44,269 nucleotides of DNA, taken from the sequence record DRR723986_1308; one strand, written 5' to 3'. Below are positions 26,691-36,669 of this stretch, in pieces. Both the position numbers and the translations under genes were made by a program. Every line of letters begins with the position of its first letter. The first letter of the stretch is position 1. A model generated the notes under the pieces. That model was not told the DNA's origin. It saw only the letters and a list, made by a program, of their open reading frames with translations, and made no database searches.

Positions 26691-29063
26691 TTACCACAAC
26701 ATTTTGATTCTAGAGCTTACTGCGTAGTAGGCGTCGCGAACGACCAGCCACACTGCGGGCACGCTTCCGCACTGCAACGAGGCCCGTGCGACCGCTCCGT
26801 CAGTCTTCAGTGGCAATGTCGAACTGTCGACGATCGCATCTGCAAAAATGATCGCATCACTGTCTTGTGCGTTGTCTTGCCAGGCGGCTGTCTGGCTAGT
26901 GCGAATCAATTCGGCGTGGAAAGTCTGTTCGGGATGGCTGGTAAGAGAGAATTCGATTCGCGACGGTTGGTCCTCGCCATCATGTTTCTGCAGCAAGCCA
27001 AAGCGGCGGGCAGGGATGGCAAGCCGAAGGATCCATGCCTCTTCGGGCTGGAAAGTTCCGAGCAGTAATTCGCCTCGGCCGACAGGTCGGTGCATGAGTG
27101 TGTTGTCGCTGTCCCAGGCGGAGACTCGGCCTGGGCCGCGGGCCACGATTTTCAGCCCAGCCAATCGAGCCGCCACTAGGTTCGACTCTTCATCAAGGGC
27201 GGCTTTCTTCAGGCTTAGTTGCTTTAGTTCGCTCTCGATTTGATCAAGTTCCGCGAGCTCGAGGGACGCGCCACGACGCAACTGCTGGCGGCGGTCGTCA
27301 ATCTTTTGCCGCACGATTTCTTGCTCGCCAAGCAACTGATCGAACTGGCTCTCCAGCGTTGGATTCCTTAACTGCAACAGGGGCTCACCTGTCACTACTT
27401 CCTGGCCGTCTGTCACGAATACTTGGTCGACAACTCCGTTTTCCTGCGCATAGTAGGCTTGCTTGACCGCGGGGTGCAGGGAGGCGTTGGTTATCACAGA
27501 GTCTTGCACCGGAAAGCAAGCTAGGGCGACAAGCAGTCCAACCAGAGCGCACCGCATCAGCCAAGTAGAGATACCAACCGCTAGCGAGCTCTGTTGTTTT
27601 GAACCGAACAGCTTTGCGACGAATCGCTCGCTGGGACGAAGGTGGATGGCCGGTAGCAAAAGCCCACCGATGGCTCGCAACTCGGACGCGAGTCCCGGGC
27701 GGCTTGCCTGACCAAGTCCTAGGCCCAGTATTCCGATAAAGGCTTGGTCACTTCGCAATGGGTGCACAAGCAAACGTTGGCATCCCAGCTCTTGGCCAAG
27801 GCGTTCAAATTCCTCCCGCAGCGAGTTGATTTCTCGCCCGAGGCCTGCATATTCCGTGCTGTCACTTGTGTCAGTTTCAGCTTCTACCGACACCGAGAGT
27901 AAGTTTCCATTTTCGACCGTGCCTTCAAGTCTCACAACGCATCCTTGCATCGCGGGAGGCGGTGCTTGGTTATCGTTATCCGAATTGCCTGCCGGGTCGA
28001 TCCGGCGGTCCGGTAGGTCGCAACAGAGTCTCCATTCGGCGTGGCGCAACGGGATCGCGTTTAGCGTACGCGTCAATCGCCTGCCTATCCATTCCGCGGA
28101 TTCCACAATGGAACTACGCCGATCAAAAGTGTCGGTCCCGTTGATTGCGACAACTCTGAGCCGGCCGAACGTAGCCAAGATCAACGCGTTGTTTGCCTCG
28201 GCGAGGTCGCATGCTGCATCGGCAGCTTCTGTAAGGCGTCTTGCAGAAGTCTCCTGAGCTGCGATGGATTGCAAGGCACCGGAAAGTTGGTGCAACTGCT
28301 TGCGCTGCTCTGTTACTTCCCGCAGTCGATGTTTGCGTTGATAATCAGAGAGCAAATCAGCCATCTGGGCGACGAAGCGGAGATAGCCGCGATTGGCCGT
28401 CGGTCCCCCGCTCGGCTTGTGCACGACCTCTAGCAGGAACTCAATCTCAGATTCGACGCGAACTGGGACGACAATCAGTGCTTCGCCGAGAGGATTCTGA
28501 GGCCTCTCGGACAAAATTTTCACGTTGCCTGGCGGAACTAGGATTGGCTGCCCTTCGGCAACGATGCAATCGAGTATGCGGCGATGTGCGGAGCCAGGGC
28601 CCGGGCAGTTCGCCAGTTCGGGCTGGGATTTAAACTCGGGGGCGTCGGTAAGTTCGCTTGGAAGACAATGCGATGCAACTAAAGCGTAGCTGTTGCCCAC
28701 CGACGGCTGGTGCCCGTCTTCGGGGCGTTCGCCGGGATCAGGTGAGTTGTCCTTCGCGGCTTTCTGCGGAGTTGGGCCGCCCTCGAGGTCCTGATGCTGG
28801 GTAAACCACACGGCTGCGGCGGTAGCCCCCATTGCGGTGCACACACGCAACAGGAATCCCGCGTAGAACTCTTCCGGAGCAATCGGAGCATCGGCGAGTT
28901 GAGCGATCTCAGATGCGAGCGCGCGGATTTCCGATTTCGTCTGCCGTATCAGCGACGAATCTAGTGAAGCAGCGCCCGGCGCTATGGTTTCTGCGGCTTG
29001 ATCTCCGCCACCGACCACAGCAGCGCTCGGCCAAGGTGAGTGAGGCGAGCCTGTGGATTGCAT
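26691..29063 (-). CDS. GAF-like domain plus HlyD adaptor protein
   Basis: N-terminal GAF-like region (RGYLRFVAQMADL), TM, then the adaptor ENGVVDQVFVTDGQEV..GEPLL with a coiled coil. Confidence 0.85.
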   Translation of the reverse strand: MQSTGSPHSPWPSAAVVGGGDQAAETIAPGAASLDSSLIRQTKSEIRALASEIAQLADAPIAPEEFYAGFLLRVCTAMGATAAAVWFTQHQDLEGGPTPQKAAKDNSPDPGERPEDGHQPSVGNSYALVASHCLPSELTDAPEFKSQPELANCPGPGSAHRRILDCIVAEGQPILVPPGNVKILSERPQNPLGEALIVVPVRVESEIEFLLEVVHKPSGGPTANRGYLRFVAQMADLLSDYQRKHRLREVTEQRKQLHQLSGALQSIAAQETSARRLTEAADAACDLAEANNALILATFGRLRVVAINGTDTFDRRSSIVESAEWIGRRLTRTLNAIPLRHAEWRLCCDLPDRRIDPAGNSDNDNQAPPPAMQGCVVRLEGTVENGNLLSVSVEAETDTSDSTEYAGLGREINSLREEFERLGQELGCQRLLVHPLRSDQAFIGILGLGLGQASRPGLASELRAIGGLLLPAIHLRPSERFVAKLFGSKQQSSLAVGISTWLMRCALVGLLVALACFPVQDSVITNASLHPAVKQAYYAQENGVVDQVFVTDGQEVVTGEPLLQLRNPTLESQFDQLLGEQEIVRQKIDDRRQQLRRGASLELAELDQIESELKQLSLKKAALDEESNLVAARLAGLKIVARGPGRVSAWDSDNTLMHRPVGRGELLLGTFQPEEAWILRLAIPARRFGLLQKHDGEDQPSRIEFSLTSHPEQTFHAELIRTSQTAAWQDNAQDSDAIIFADAIVDSSTLPLKTDGAVARASLQCGSVPAVWLVVRDAYYAVSSRIKMLW

Positions 29064-29075
29064 GAATTTTGAACT

Positions 29076-29555
29076 TTACCGCCAATCGAGCGAAGGTGGT
29101 GGCTGCGAGGGATTGCTAGATGACACGTTGCCGCTGAAATTTGTTGGCGCGGGCTGGAAGTTGCCTCCGGCTGTAGACTCAAATTGGCTTTGATTGGTCC
29201 ACACGTTCGGAGCGTTGTAGTTGGCCGATGTCACCTGTGAAGCGGCATTGGGTGCAACAGCTTGAAAACCCGCCGGTGCGACTCCAACTTGCGGTGCTAC
29301 GCCACCAGTCCCCGGAGCCGTCGGCGCGCCGTAGTAATTGCCGGTTGCTGGATAGCTGCCGGTCGCCGGTGGTGGGACTCGTGCTGGATTGGGCAGAGGG
29401 TAAGGGTTGTTCCACCCTCGACACCCCGGTGCGACAATCAGAAATGATGCCGCGATCAAACCGCCAACAAGTGGCCGGGCCGTGGATGCCGACTTCGTCA
29501 ATACTTCAACCCAGCGGAGCGAACGTCCGGTTTCGCTAGGACTCTTTCGATTCAT
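29076..29555 (-). CDS. Hypothetical Pro-rich lipoprotein-like protein
   Basis: Hydrophobic stretch ending APGC, followed by RVPPPATGSY. Confidence 0.6.
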   Translation of the reverse strand: MNRKSPSETGRSLRWVEVLTKSASTARPLVGGLIAASFLIVAPGCRGWNNPYPLPNPARVPPPATGSYPATGNYYGAPTAPGTGGVAPQVGVAPAGFQAVAPNAASQVTSANYNAPNVWTNQSQFESTAGGNFQPAPTNFSGNVSSSNPSQPPPSLDWR

Positions 29556-30031
29556 TGGATTGACTCCGAGATTTTCTCTTCTCAAATTTCTTGTTGGCAA
29601 CTATCGATAGCCGCGAACCTGCTGGCCGAAAAAAGGCTTCTTGGGGGAGCGGTCGCACGCATTCTTTGTGTGGACAGTACTAATGCCGACATTTCGTCGC
29701 TAGGCGAATTCGCTCCTTTGCATGCAATGGTGGCGTTCGCGACCGTCTGCAGGCGTTACTCGGCTGGTGTTCGCTTAGCTACGGTCTTGCTCAGATCTGA
29801 CGTGAAGAGCGGCAAAGGCGGGAGAGGCCGTTCAGTACCTGAGGCCGTTCGGGGGCTTAGCGGTTTTGTGACACAGCAACCGCGAACGAACCCTGCGAGA
29901 AGGGGTTTTCACCAGGAAATGCAGCGCAGAAAGGGGTGAAATAGCGAACCGGGTGCAAAAAGCTACTTGCCTCCGTGGGCCACTTAGCCGAAGATAAGGT
30001 GTTCGCAGACTCCCCGCGGAATCAATCTGCA

Positions 30032-30389
30032 GGGGGCGAAATGGTATCGACCGGATAGTTAGAAGTGAGGGTGGCGTGCCGTGGTTGGTCAGTTGGCCAC
30101 GTAAAAAGCTGACCACAAAATTTAGTTGCAGACAATAGTCTAGCAATGGCAGCCTAACACGGTTGCCCTGGCTGAGGGGGTTCGCCAGAGACGCCCGACT
30201 GCCAGTCGCAATTCTGGATCGTCCTTTGCCGCGCTCGGGCACGCAAGGGATTAAAAATTGCTCCCGGCTGGTTTGACCGGAAGCCTTGCTAATAGGCGTC
30301 TGGATGAACGAGATATAAACAATTAGCTATGCACGTAGAGGCCTTCATGGAAATATCTCGGGACGCGGGTTCGATTCCCGCCGCCTCCA
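30032..30389 (+). ncRNA. ssrA: tmRNA
   Basis: 5' GGGGGCGAAATGGTATCGAC and 3' GCGGGTTCGATTCCCGCCGCCTCCA. Tag frame 30128-30157 encodes ADNSLAMAA*. CCA is not encoded. Confidence 0.96.
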
Positions 30390-30428
30390 TTGACACGCCG
30401 TAGTGAACAACACGGCTTATCCCAAAGC

Positions 30429-30464
30429 AGGCTCGTCAGTTAATTCTGGCGAGCCTTTCTTTTT
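30429..30464 (+). terminator. Rho-independent terminator of ssrA
   Basis: AGGCTCGTCAG-TTAATT-CTGGCGAGCCT followed by TTCTTTTT. Confidence 0.85.
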
Positions 30465-30576
30465 ACCTGCCTGACGCCAATACTGTGATAACGAGTGCAT
30501 AGCCACAGCTCCGGCGCATCGTAGTGCCGACCGCCTGCCCGCAGCGACCTGCAGTCACTTCTGGACGCCGCAACAC

Positions 30577-30638
30577 ACGGGAAATCTGCACGTCCGGTTT
30601 GATGACGGGGGAGGGCCACGACCGCGGCACTCCACTAC
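30577..30638 (+). mobile_element. Probable group II intron domain V/VI remnant
   Basis: CGGGAAATCTGCACGTCCGGTTTGATGACGGGGGAG resembles the 3' half of domain V and the start of domain VI. The catalytic-triad half is missing and there is no RT gene. Confidence 0.55.
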
Positions 30639-30728
30639 CGAGCGGTAAAACGCCTCGCGAGCCAAGAGGCATTGAAGAGAAGCAACTTCGCTCGGATCGC
30701 CAGAGCTTAGGTACGTGTAAACAACACG

Positions 30729-31097
30729 TCAGAGGTTTGGGCGGTAAGGATTGCCATCGTCTCTACCAAGCGATCGCAGTGCCGCGAGGTCGTCTTCAGT
30801 TACATCTTGCTCCTTCGTGCTCGGGAGGCAATTCAGAGTTCCGAGCGCGACTACGCAGCAAGTTGCACCTGTCAATAGATTGATCAGGATACTGCAAATG
30901 AAATAGTTATCTATGGTGATGAATGGTAACCATCCTGCGCTAACCATCAACGGAAGTAACAAAAAGCTCATCAGCAATATCGGAACGTAGTAGCTCAACG
31001 CCCCAATAAGCCCCCAGAGGAGCGTGCTTCGACCTTTTTCGCGAGCGATCGACAGAAAGGCTTTGACGACCGCGATGACAATGATGACTTCTAACAT
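30729..31097 (-). CDS. Small hypothetical membrane protein
   Basis: Three to four TM segments; AREKGRS..LWG motif; C-terminal NPY; appears AT-richer than its flanks. Confidence 0.7.
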   Translation of the reverse strand: MLEVIIVIAVVKAFLSIAREKGRSTLLWGLIGALSYYVPILLMSFLLLPLMVSAGWLPFITIDNYFICSILINLLTGATCCVVALGTLNCLPSTKEQDVTEDDLAALRSLGRDDGNPYRPNL

Positions 31098-31732
31098 CAG
31101 AATTTTCCTAGGGTGTATCTTTCTTGCTGACGGTTGCTGTGTCGTCCGAGCAGACTCAATGATGGGTGCAAAGTAGAATTGCGCAGTATCTTCCACTTAC
31201 ATCAGAGGGCATCATCCGCTTACAGCAGGGGATTGTTGGTTCGCCGCTTCAGCATGGCGGGGCGCTCGTCTGTTAGGGGGCAAGATACCCGGTCTCTGGA
31301 GGGTTTGCAACTATTTTCCGCAGGGGCAGAACAACATAGAGTTTCACGCGGCCGATTTTGAGCGATGGCACAAGGTTGCGAGTCGGAGGGAGATGCCGAC
31401 TGGAAGAGAAGCCCCTGTAACCCGCCCCAGAAAATCGTCGCCAGCGGTGAGGCTGGGTGGTGATTGTGATCGCATCGCAACGCATCTGGGCCCTTCTGAA
31501 TTCGGGTTCAGGCAGTCACCAGGGCGGAGGAGCTCTCACGGAGGCACGAAGAAACACAGAGTTCCTTATGTTGAGACGGCGGCGATATACGCCTGAGAGC
31601 GTTGCGGTGGTGGGAGGTGATGGTTACCGGTGCTTGGTGATGCTGTGTGCATAACAGCATAACGTAGCTGAACAGGTCATTGTTCAGGCGACGATTGGAG
31701 AAGCTGAGCGATGCACGCTGGGAGCAGCGCGG

Positions 31733-32179
31733 TTAGTGGGGGACGGCGTTGGAGATGGATAGGCCGTGCATGCGCTTGATGACACTGAGGAATTTGTCTT
31801 CGCTGAACGGCTTGCGGATATAACTACTCACACCAAGTAGCTCGCATTCGCGTTTGTCTGATCCGTCATCACTGCTGGTGAGTACGACGACAGGGATTTG
31901 ACGCAGTTGCCCATCTGTTCGCATTTCGCGAAGTACAGCAACGCCATCCAAATCAGGCAAGAATAGATCCAGCAAGACGACATCAGGCTGCGGTGCCTTC
32001 GAGAAAGGCCCCCGCTTATAAAGAAAGTCCAGCGCTTCGCCACCGGTGCGGAAAAGAGTTAATCGGTGGTTGATGTTACACTTCTTGAGTGATTCAATCG
32101 TCAACCTTGCATCAAGAAGGCTGTCCTCAAGTAGGACAATCTCCAACGCATTTCCAGTACCTGACGATACGAGAACCAT
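31733..32179 (-). CDS. Single-domain response regulator (Rcp1-like)
   Basis: LLEDS, EALDFL, PDVVLLDLFLP, IPVVVLTSS and YIRKP. Confidence 0.92.
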   Translation of the reverse strand: MVLVSSGTGNALEIVLLEDSLLDARLTIESLKKCNINHRLTLFRTGGEALDFLYKRGPFSKAPQPDVVLLDLFLPDLDGVAVLREMRTDGQLRQIPVVVLTSSDDGSDKRECELLGVSSYIRKPFSEDKFLSVIKRMHGLSISNAVPH

Positions 32180-32292
32180 AGACCGCTTTCTTTTTCACGT
32201 TTGCGCACCGAGATGGTAAGCAACCGTGGATGATTTTCATTCGAATTAAGCATTCGTGAACGCAAAGGTCTGCGTCTAGCAACGAGTCGACA

Positions 32293-32766
32293 TTATAACG
32301 AATTCGGCCCAAGGCTGTTCCGAATCATGTCGGCTTCAAGCTTCTCGTGAGCTCGAAGAGCCGTGTCGAATTCGTCAAAATCGTCAAGCAATTTGTCCAA
32401 GTCGCGAACGATGGTGCCGCGATACTGCGACTCCTCGACCGTTTCGCAAATCTCCAACAAATGCAGGAACAACTCGCGATGCTGCTCACGTGCCGTGCGG
32501 GCTTCGCTGCACATCTTTTCCGACGGAGCAATCCCACCCACGAAACCGTAAGTTTCTTCGAGACTAAACTCCAGAGCAAGATCGTCTCGCAACTGTTCGA
32601 TCAATTTGGCAAACTCTCGTGCCTTGCGAGCTTGACTATACCGTCGATCCCGCATCCTCCGAACATCGTGAAGAACAGACCATAGATTCGGATTGGACTC
32701 TTTGACCTCCTGTAAGAAAGCCGCGTTGACCATTCCCTGGAAACCGGTTGTCGTTAGTGTCGCCAT
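32293..32766 (-). CDS. Hemerythrin-like domain protein
   Basis: RBS GGAGG; helical with the FSLEE, EQH and HEKLE pattern; VNAAFLQEVKE. Confidence 0.7.
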   Translation of the reverse strand: MATLTTTGFQGMVNAAFLQEVKESNPNLWSVLHDVRRMRDRRYSQARKAREFAKLIEQLRDDLALEFSLEETYGFVGGIAPSEKMCSEARTAREQHRELFLHLLEICETVEESQYRGTIVRDLDKLLDDFDEFDTALRAHEKLEADMIRNSLGPNSL

Positions 32767-32998
32767 TCCGGACACCTCCCTTGCAAACAACTACTTTGAT
32801 CACCAGCATCCGAGCATATGTGCCCGGCGTTTCCTCGAGTTTCACGCCTGATCAAATCAGGGTGATGGAAATAGCTGGCCGTTAACCACGTTGGGAAGCT
32901 CTACGATGTGGAATGTCACTGTAGCCGATTTTAAGGGCAAAATCCACAAAATCACCCCAGCCGAGGGGGCAGCCCATTTAAGGGCGGACAACCACGCC

Positions 32999-35900
32999 TT
33001 ACTCAGGGCGAAACTCGATGGTCAGTTCGTCTCCGGCGGCAGCAGCAGCGGCTCGGGTCGTAAGAAGAATCTTTGGCTGGGCTGTTTCCGCATCGCGAAC
33101 GATCCAAATCAGCCGCTGATCTGCTTCGCGAGTGTCAGTGACAGTCGTGACTGGGTTGCCACGTTTGGCAACTTCGGTGAGTGCATCGCGGACGGAGATG
33201 TCCGAGAAGTCGAAATCGCTAAGCTGCTGGTTTCGCGTGATTCCGCCGGCTTCAAAGGCGTCGCCGTCCAGGATGAACGCAAACTTTGGCGTACCATTTG
33301 GCAACGAGTCGTTGGCTTCGTCGCCGATGTACTCAAGCGCGACTTCAATGGGCTCTTGTGCGAAGTTGATGCGGCGAATTTTCCTGTTTAGGTACTCCTC
33401 GGTCGATAAAGGTTTCGCCTCAGCGGCACCTGCGAAACTGGGGCCCCCTGATACGGTAGCCGTTGGCTGCATGGCGATGGATGTTGCCAGCACGAGGTTT
33501 GCGGCTGCATCTCGAGGCAGGTAAGTGTTCGTGATGGCGACGCCGTTCTCCATACCGGTGCGGGTGAAACTGGCAAAGGCTCTCAACATTTGTGGGAACC
33601 GAAACGCGATGGCCGCCCAGTGAGGATCTGGCGCCTGGTCGACGAACCAGTCCTCAACCACGGTGGGCAGTTGCTTGAGTTGATCGGCCATGTCTTGCGA
33701 AATCACAGCCGCGGCCGTCGGAGACTCGCCTATCAAGAACAGTTCGCTGTACCAACCCTCATCAAGGCTTATTTGCAGCATCGCACTCCGCACGCCCTCT
33801 TCTAGCTGTTCACTTAGCAAACGAGATAGTCTGGGCGGCATTGACTCACTCAGTCGGCGACCATTGCTGAACAAGAAAGCGGGGGCCAGCAGGACGGACA
33901 TATCCGCTTGTTCGTCCGATAACTCCCAGAGGTTTTCGACATCGGATAGCATCGGAGCCGCTTCGCCGCCAAGATCGATTGCCTCTTTCATCTGCTCAAT
34001 CGACGCAACCGTAAAGCCGGTCGCGCTGCTACCCTGCTCATCGACGTGAGGCCAGAAGGCAAGGCGATCGCTCGCGAATATCTTCTGGCCAGCCAACTGC
34101 GCTGGCGGCGCGTCGCTAAGTTTCTGTCCCAGTTCTTCCAGCGTGGTTGCCTCACGCAGACTCACTCGGTATGCAACAATTGGTTGTCCTCCATCGACCG
34201 TTGGCGGATAGAAAGCAACGTTAACGGCCCGAGCTTCCGCCAGTGGGACTGCGACGTCTTGCTGGATCTGCTCAATCCAGGATTCGGTTGACGCGGCTAG
34301 TTTGGCGATGTCAGAATTCAGGAACGCGGGCTTCACATGCACGAACATCTGAGCGCCAGGTGGCAAGTGATCGACGCTCCAAGGGGACGGATCGCGTGGG
34401 GGCATCCATAGATTGCCAGAATCGCTGGCTCGTTGAACGTAATATTCACTCGTTGGCTCAGTCGGACCAGTCGGCTCAGAATTCGACGGAACGTATGCTG
34501 GTGCAGGTTTCTGAACGGTTTCTTCAGCGCCTGGCTCCAAAGCGCCGGACAGTTTCAGGATGGCCAGGAGCAAAATGATGAATCCGCACCCACCTGCGAC
34601 TGGTAGAATCCACGAATTGCCCTTCTTGCGTTTGCGTTTTTTCCGCGCAGGGCTGCCCTTGCGACCGATTTCTGAATTCGCCGCTGGAGAGGACGGGGCC
34701 TTTTTCGAAGTCGGTTTCAGCGCACGCGGCGCGTCTTTTTCGACCGCCTCCGCAGGAATTGGCCCGTTTTCAGCAAGTTGTTCGGCAGGCTTTTCTGCCG
34801 GTTGTTCAGCAGCCGCTTCGGGGCGGCTTTGTGCCAAAGGCTTGGCGGCTTCCTTCTTAACCGATTCTCGTTTCGGGGCTTTCTGTTCGCTTTCCGTCTT
34901 CGCTGCTGGCGTGGTCTTCGCCTTTTGCGGTTCAGCGTTGACGGTGTTGGGGCGTTTGGCGGGGGGGGCCGCTCGCTGCGTAGCGGGATCAGGCTCGACC
35001 TTCTTCGTTGCTTTGACGGGCGATGCACCGGTAACGGAAGCGGCGGACTTGGTGTCCGAATGGGAAGGCTTCACAACTGCCTTAGCCACCGCCTTGCCTT
35101 CGGGCTGGGATTTGGACTTGGCCTCGGACTTTCGTGTCGGCTGAGCCGCTTTCGATTGCTTCGCCTTGGCAACAGGCTTTTCGCTTGTGGTCGCTTGTGG
35201 CTTGGCCGCTGGCTTCTGTGGTGCATCTGCCTGCTTGAGGGGCTTTGCGGAGTCCTTCGAATGCACTTCAGGCTGTGCGTCCTCACTGGCAACGGCCAAG
35301 TGAGCACTGCGCACTTCGGCGAGCGCCGCCAACAGTTCGCCCGCATTCCGAAACCGACTATCCAGATTGCGTCCAAGGCAACTGCGCAGCACTTCCGCTT
35401 CGCCATCGGCGAGACTTGCATTGGCTGGCAGAGCGGGAAGAGCCTCACAATGGGCACTCATCATGCTGATCGTGTCGCTGGCGGCAACGATAGGTTTGCC
35501 AGTGGACAGTAGCCACCAAAGACAACCAAGAGCGTAGACATCAGTCGCCATCGTTGGTTTTTGCCCAGGAGTATTGAACTCCGGAGCAAGGAACTGCTCC
35601 TCGGGCGTTCGCGAGTCAAGCAGATTTGGGAATACGCCACATGACCCAGATTCATCACTGCGTGAAGTGTTGCCGCAAATTGGGTCAGCGATAACGCCCA
35701 AGCTACCGTTGTGCATTTCCAGCAGTCGATCGGGCATCACTCGCCCGTGCACGATATTCGCACTGTGCAGCGCGGCCAAGGCTCCAGCCAGGCCATGGAT
35801 GATCGTACTGGCGTCTGCACGTCGTTTGCAATTTAATAGTGAACCTTCGGCGATCGGATGCACCAACTGCATTGCTCCGTCCGCCGAAGCGATCGAGGCC

Positions 35901-36310
35901 AGTGGAAACAGGCCTGGAGCGGCGATGCGGCATAGCGTTTCGGCGCGGTTCCAGGACGCGTGAAACGCCTTTAGACGCAAGGTTGCGTTCTGATCCAACC
36001 ACTGCACGTACCGCGTCTGGCCAGCGGCTTCGGCTTCAAACCAGCCTCGCCACAGCGGCTCCGGAGCATTGCCGCGAATACGCCAAATACCGCGTTTCAA
36101 CGAAGCTGCTGTGTCGGTTTGGAGGGATTCGGCCTGGAATGGCGTTACCTTCCCGTCGGCGACCAATTTCTTGAGCAACAGCCTTCCATCGGCCAATTCT
36201 GCAGCCGAGAGCGATTGCGCGACTTCGCCAGCCCATCCTCGGGTCTGTTCATCGGTAGCAAGCCCCGATGCGACGATGCGTTTCCATAGTTCTGAACTTG
36301 TGAGCGTCAT
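32999..36310 (-). CDS. Membrane Ser/Thr protein kinase-like protein (probable pseudokinase)
   Basis: FLAPE, TDVYALG and RFRNAGEL are present but the catalytic loop reads VHGRVMPDRLL. Followed by a Lys/Ala/Pro-rich linker, TM and a large external domain. Confidence 0.85.
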   Translation of the reverse strand: MTLTSSELWKRIVASGLATDEQTRGWAGEVAQSLSAAELADGRLLLKKLVADGKVTPFQAESLQTDTAASLKRGIWRIRGNAPEPLWRGWFEAEAAGQTRYVQWLDQNATLRLKAFHASWNRAETLCRIAAPGLFPLASIASADGAMQLVHPIAEGSLLNCKRRADASTIIHGLAGALAALHSANIVHGRVMPDRLLEMHNGSLGVIADPICGNTSRSDESGSCGVFPNLLDSRTPEEQFLAPEFNTPGQKPTMATDVYALGCLWWLLSTGKPIVAASDTISMMSAHCEALPALPANASLADGEAEVLRSCLGRNLDSRFRNAGELLAALAEVRSAHLAVASEDAQPEVHSKDSAKPLKQADAPQKPAAKPQATTSEKPVAKAKQSKAAQPTRKSEAKSKSQPEGKAVAKAVVKPSHSDTKSAASVTGASPVKATKKVEPDPATQRAAPPAKRPNTVNAEPQKAKTTPAAKTESEQKAPKRESVKKEAAKPLAQSRPEAAAEQPAEKPAEQLAENGPIPAEAVEKDAPRALKPTSKKAPSSPAANSEIGRKGSPARKKRKRKKGNSWILPVAGGCGFIILLLAILKLSGALEPGAEETVQKPAPAYVPSNSEPTGPTEPTSEYYVQRASDSGNLWMPPRDPSPWSVDHLPPGAQMFVHVKPAFLNSDIAKLAASTESWIEQIQQDVAVPLAEARAVNVAFYPPTVDGGQPIVAYRVSLREATTLEELGQKLSDAPPAQLAGQKIFASDRLAFWPHVDEQGSSATGFTVASIEQMKEAIDLGGEAAPMLSDVENLWELSDEQADMSVLLAPAFLFSNGRRLSESMPPRLSRLLSEQLEEGVRSAMLQISLDEGWYSELFLIGESPTAAAVISQDMADQLKQLPTVVEDWFVDQAPDPHWAAIAFRFPQMLRAFASFTRTGMENGVAITNTYLPRDAAANLVLATSIAMQPTATVSGGPSFAGAAEAKPLSTEEYLNRKIRRINFAQEPIEVALEYIGDEANDSLPNGTPKFAFILDGDAFEAGGITRNQQLSDFDFSDISVRDALTEVAKRGNPVTTVTDTREADQRLIWIVRDAETAQPKILLTTRAAAAAAGDELTIEFRPE

Positions 36311-36669
36311 GCCGGATCAGGAAAAACGTAAAGGGTGGCTGTCAAAACCTCTCAGTATAACTGATCAAGCGAAGCGACTACACGACTTCTGTGCAGGTGG
36401 GGAGTGCTCTGAGAGTACTTACCAGTGCGGAAATAGGCTCAAGCAGCAAAAGCCCTTCTTTTGATTCGAATCACCAACAGAAAGCGGAACTCCGTGGGGC
36501 AGTTCTTGAACCTGGTTGCGTGGTCCTGCTTCTCGGCGACAATCTTCTGCTCGCGCTGTCTGGTGTAGGAAGCTCGTTGCGAAAACTGGGGCGACGTACG
36601 AGCACAAGCTACTCTGGACAAAAAGCCCACGTTGTTTAGCTATGGTTCGCCGAATTCAAGGAGGCACCC

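Noticed and set aside
29670-30242. ORFs 29670-29939 and 29832-30242
   Set aside because: They lie in the tmRNA upstream region or overlap tmRNA and have no protein-like features.
30390-31730. Prophage or ICE integrated at ssrA
   Set aside because: No integrase and no duplicated ssrA 3' end were seen.
34560-35512. Plus-strand ORFs and an apparent repeat within the kinase gene
   Set aside because: They are antisense shadows of a low-complexity Lys/Ala/Pro linker.
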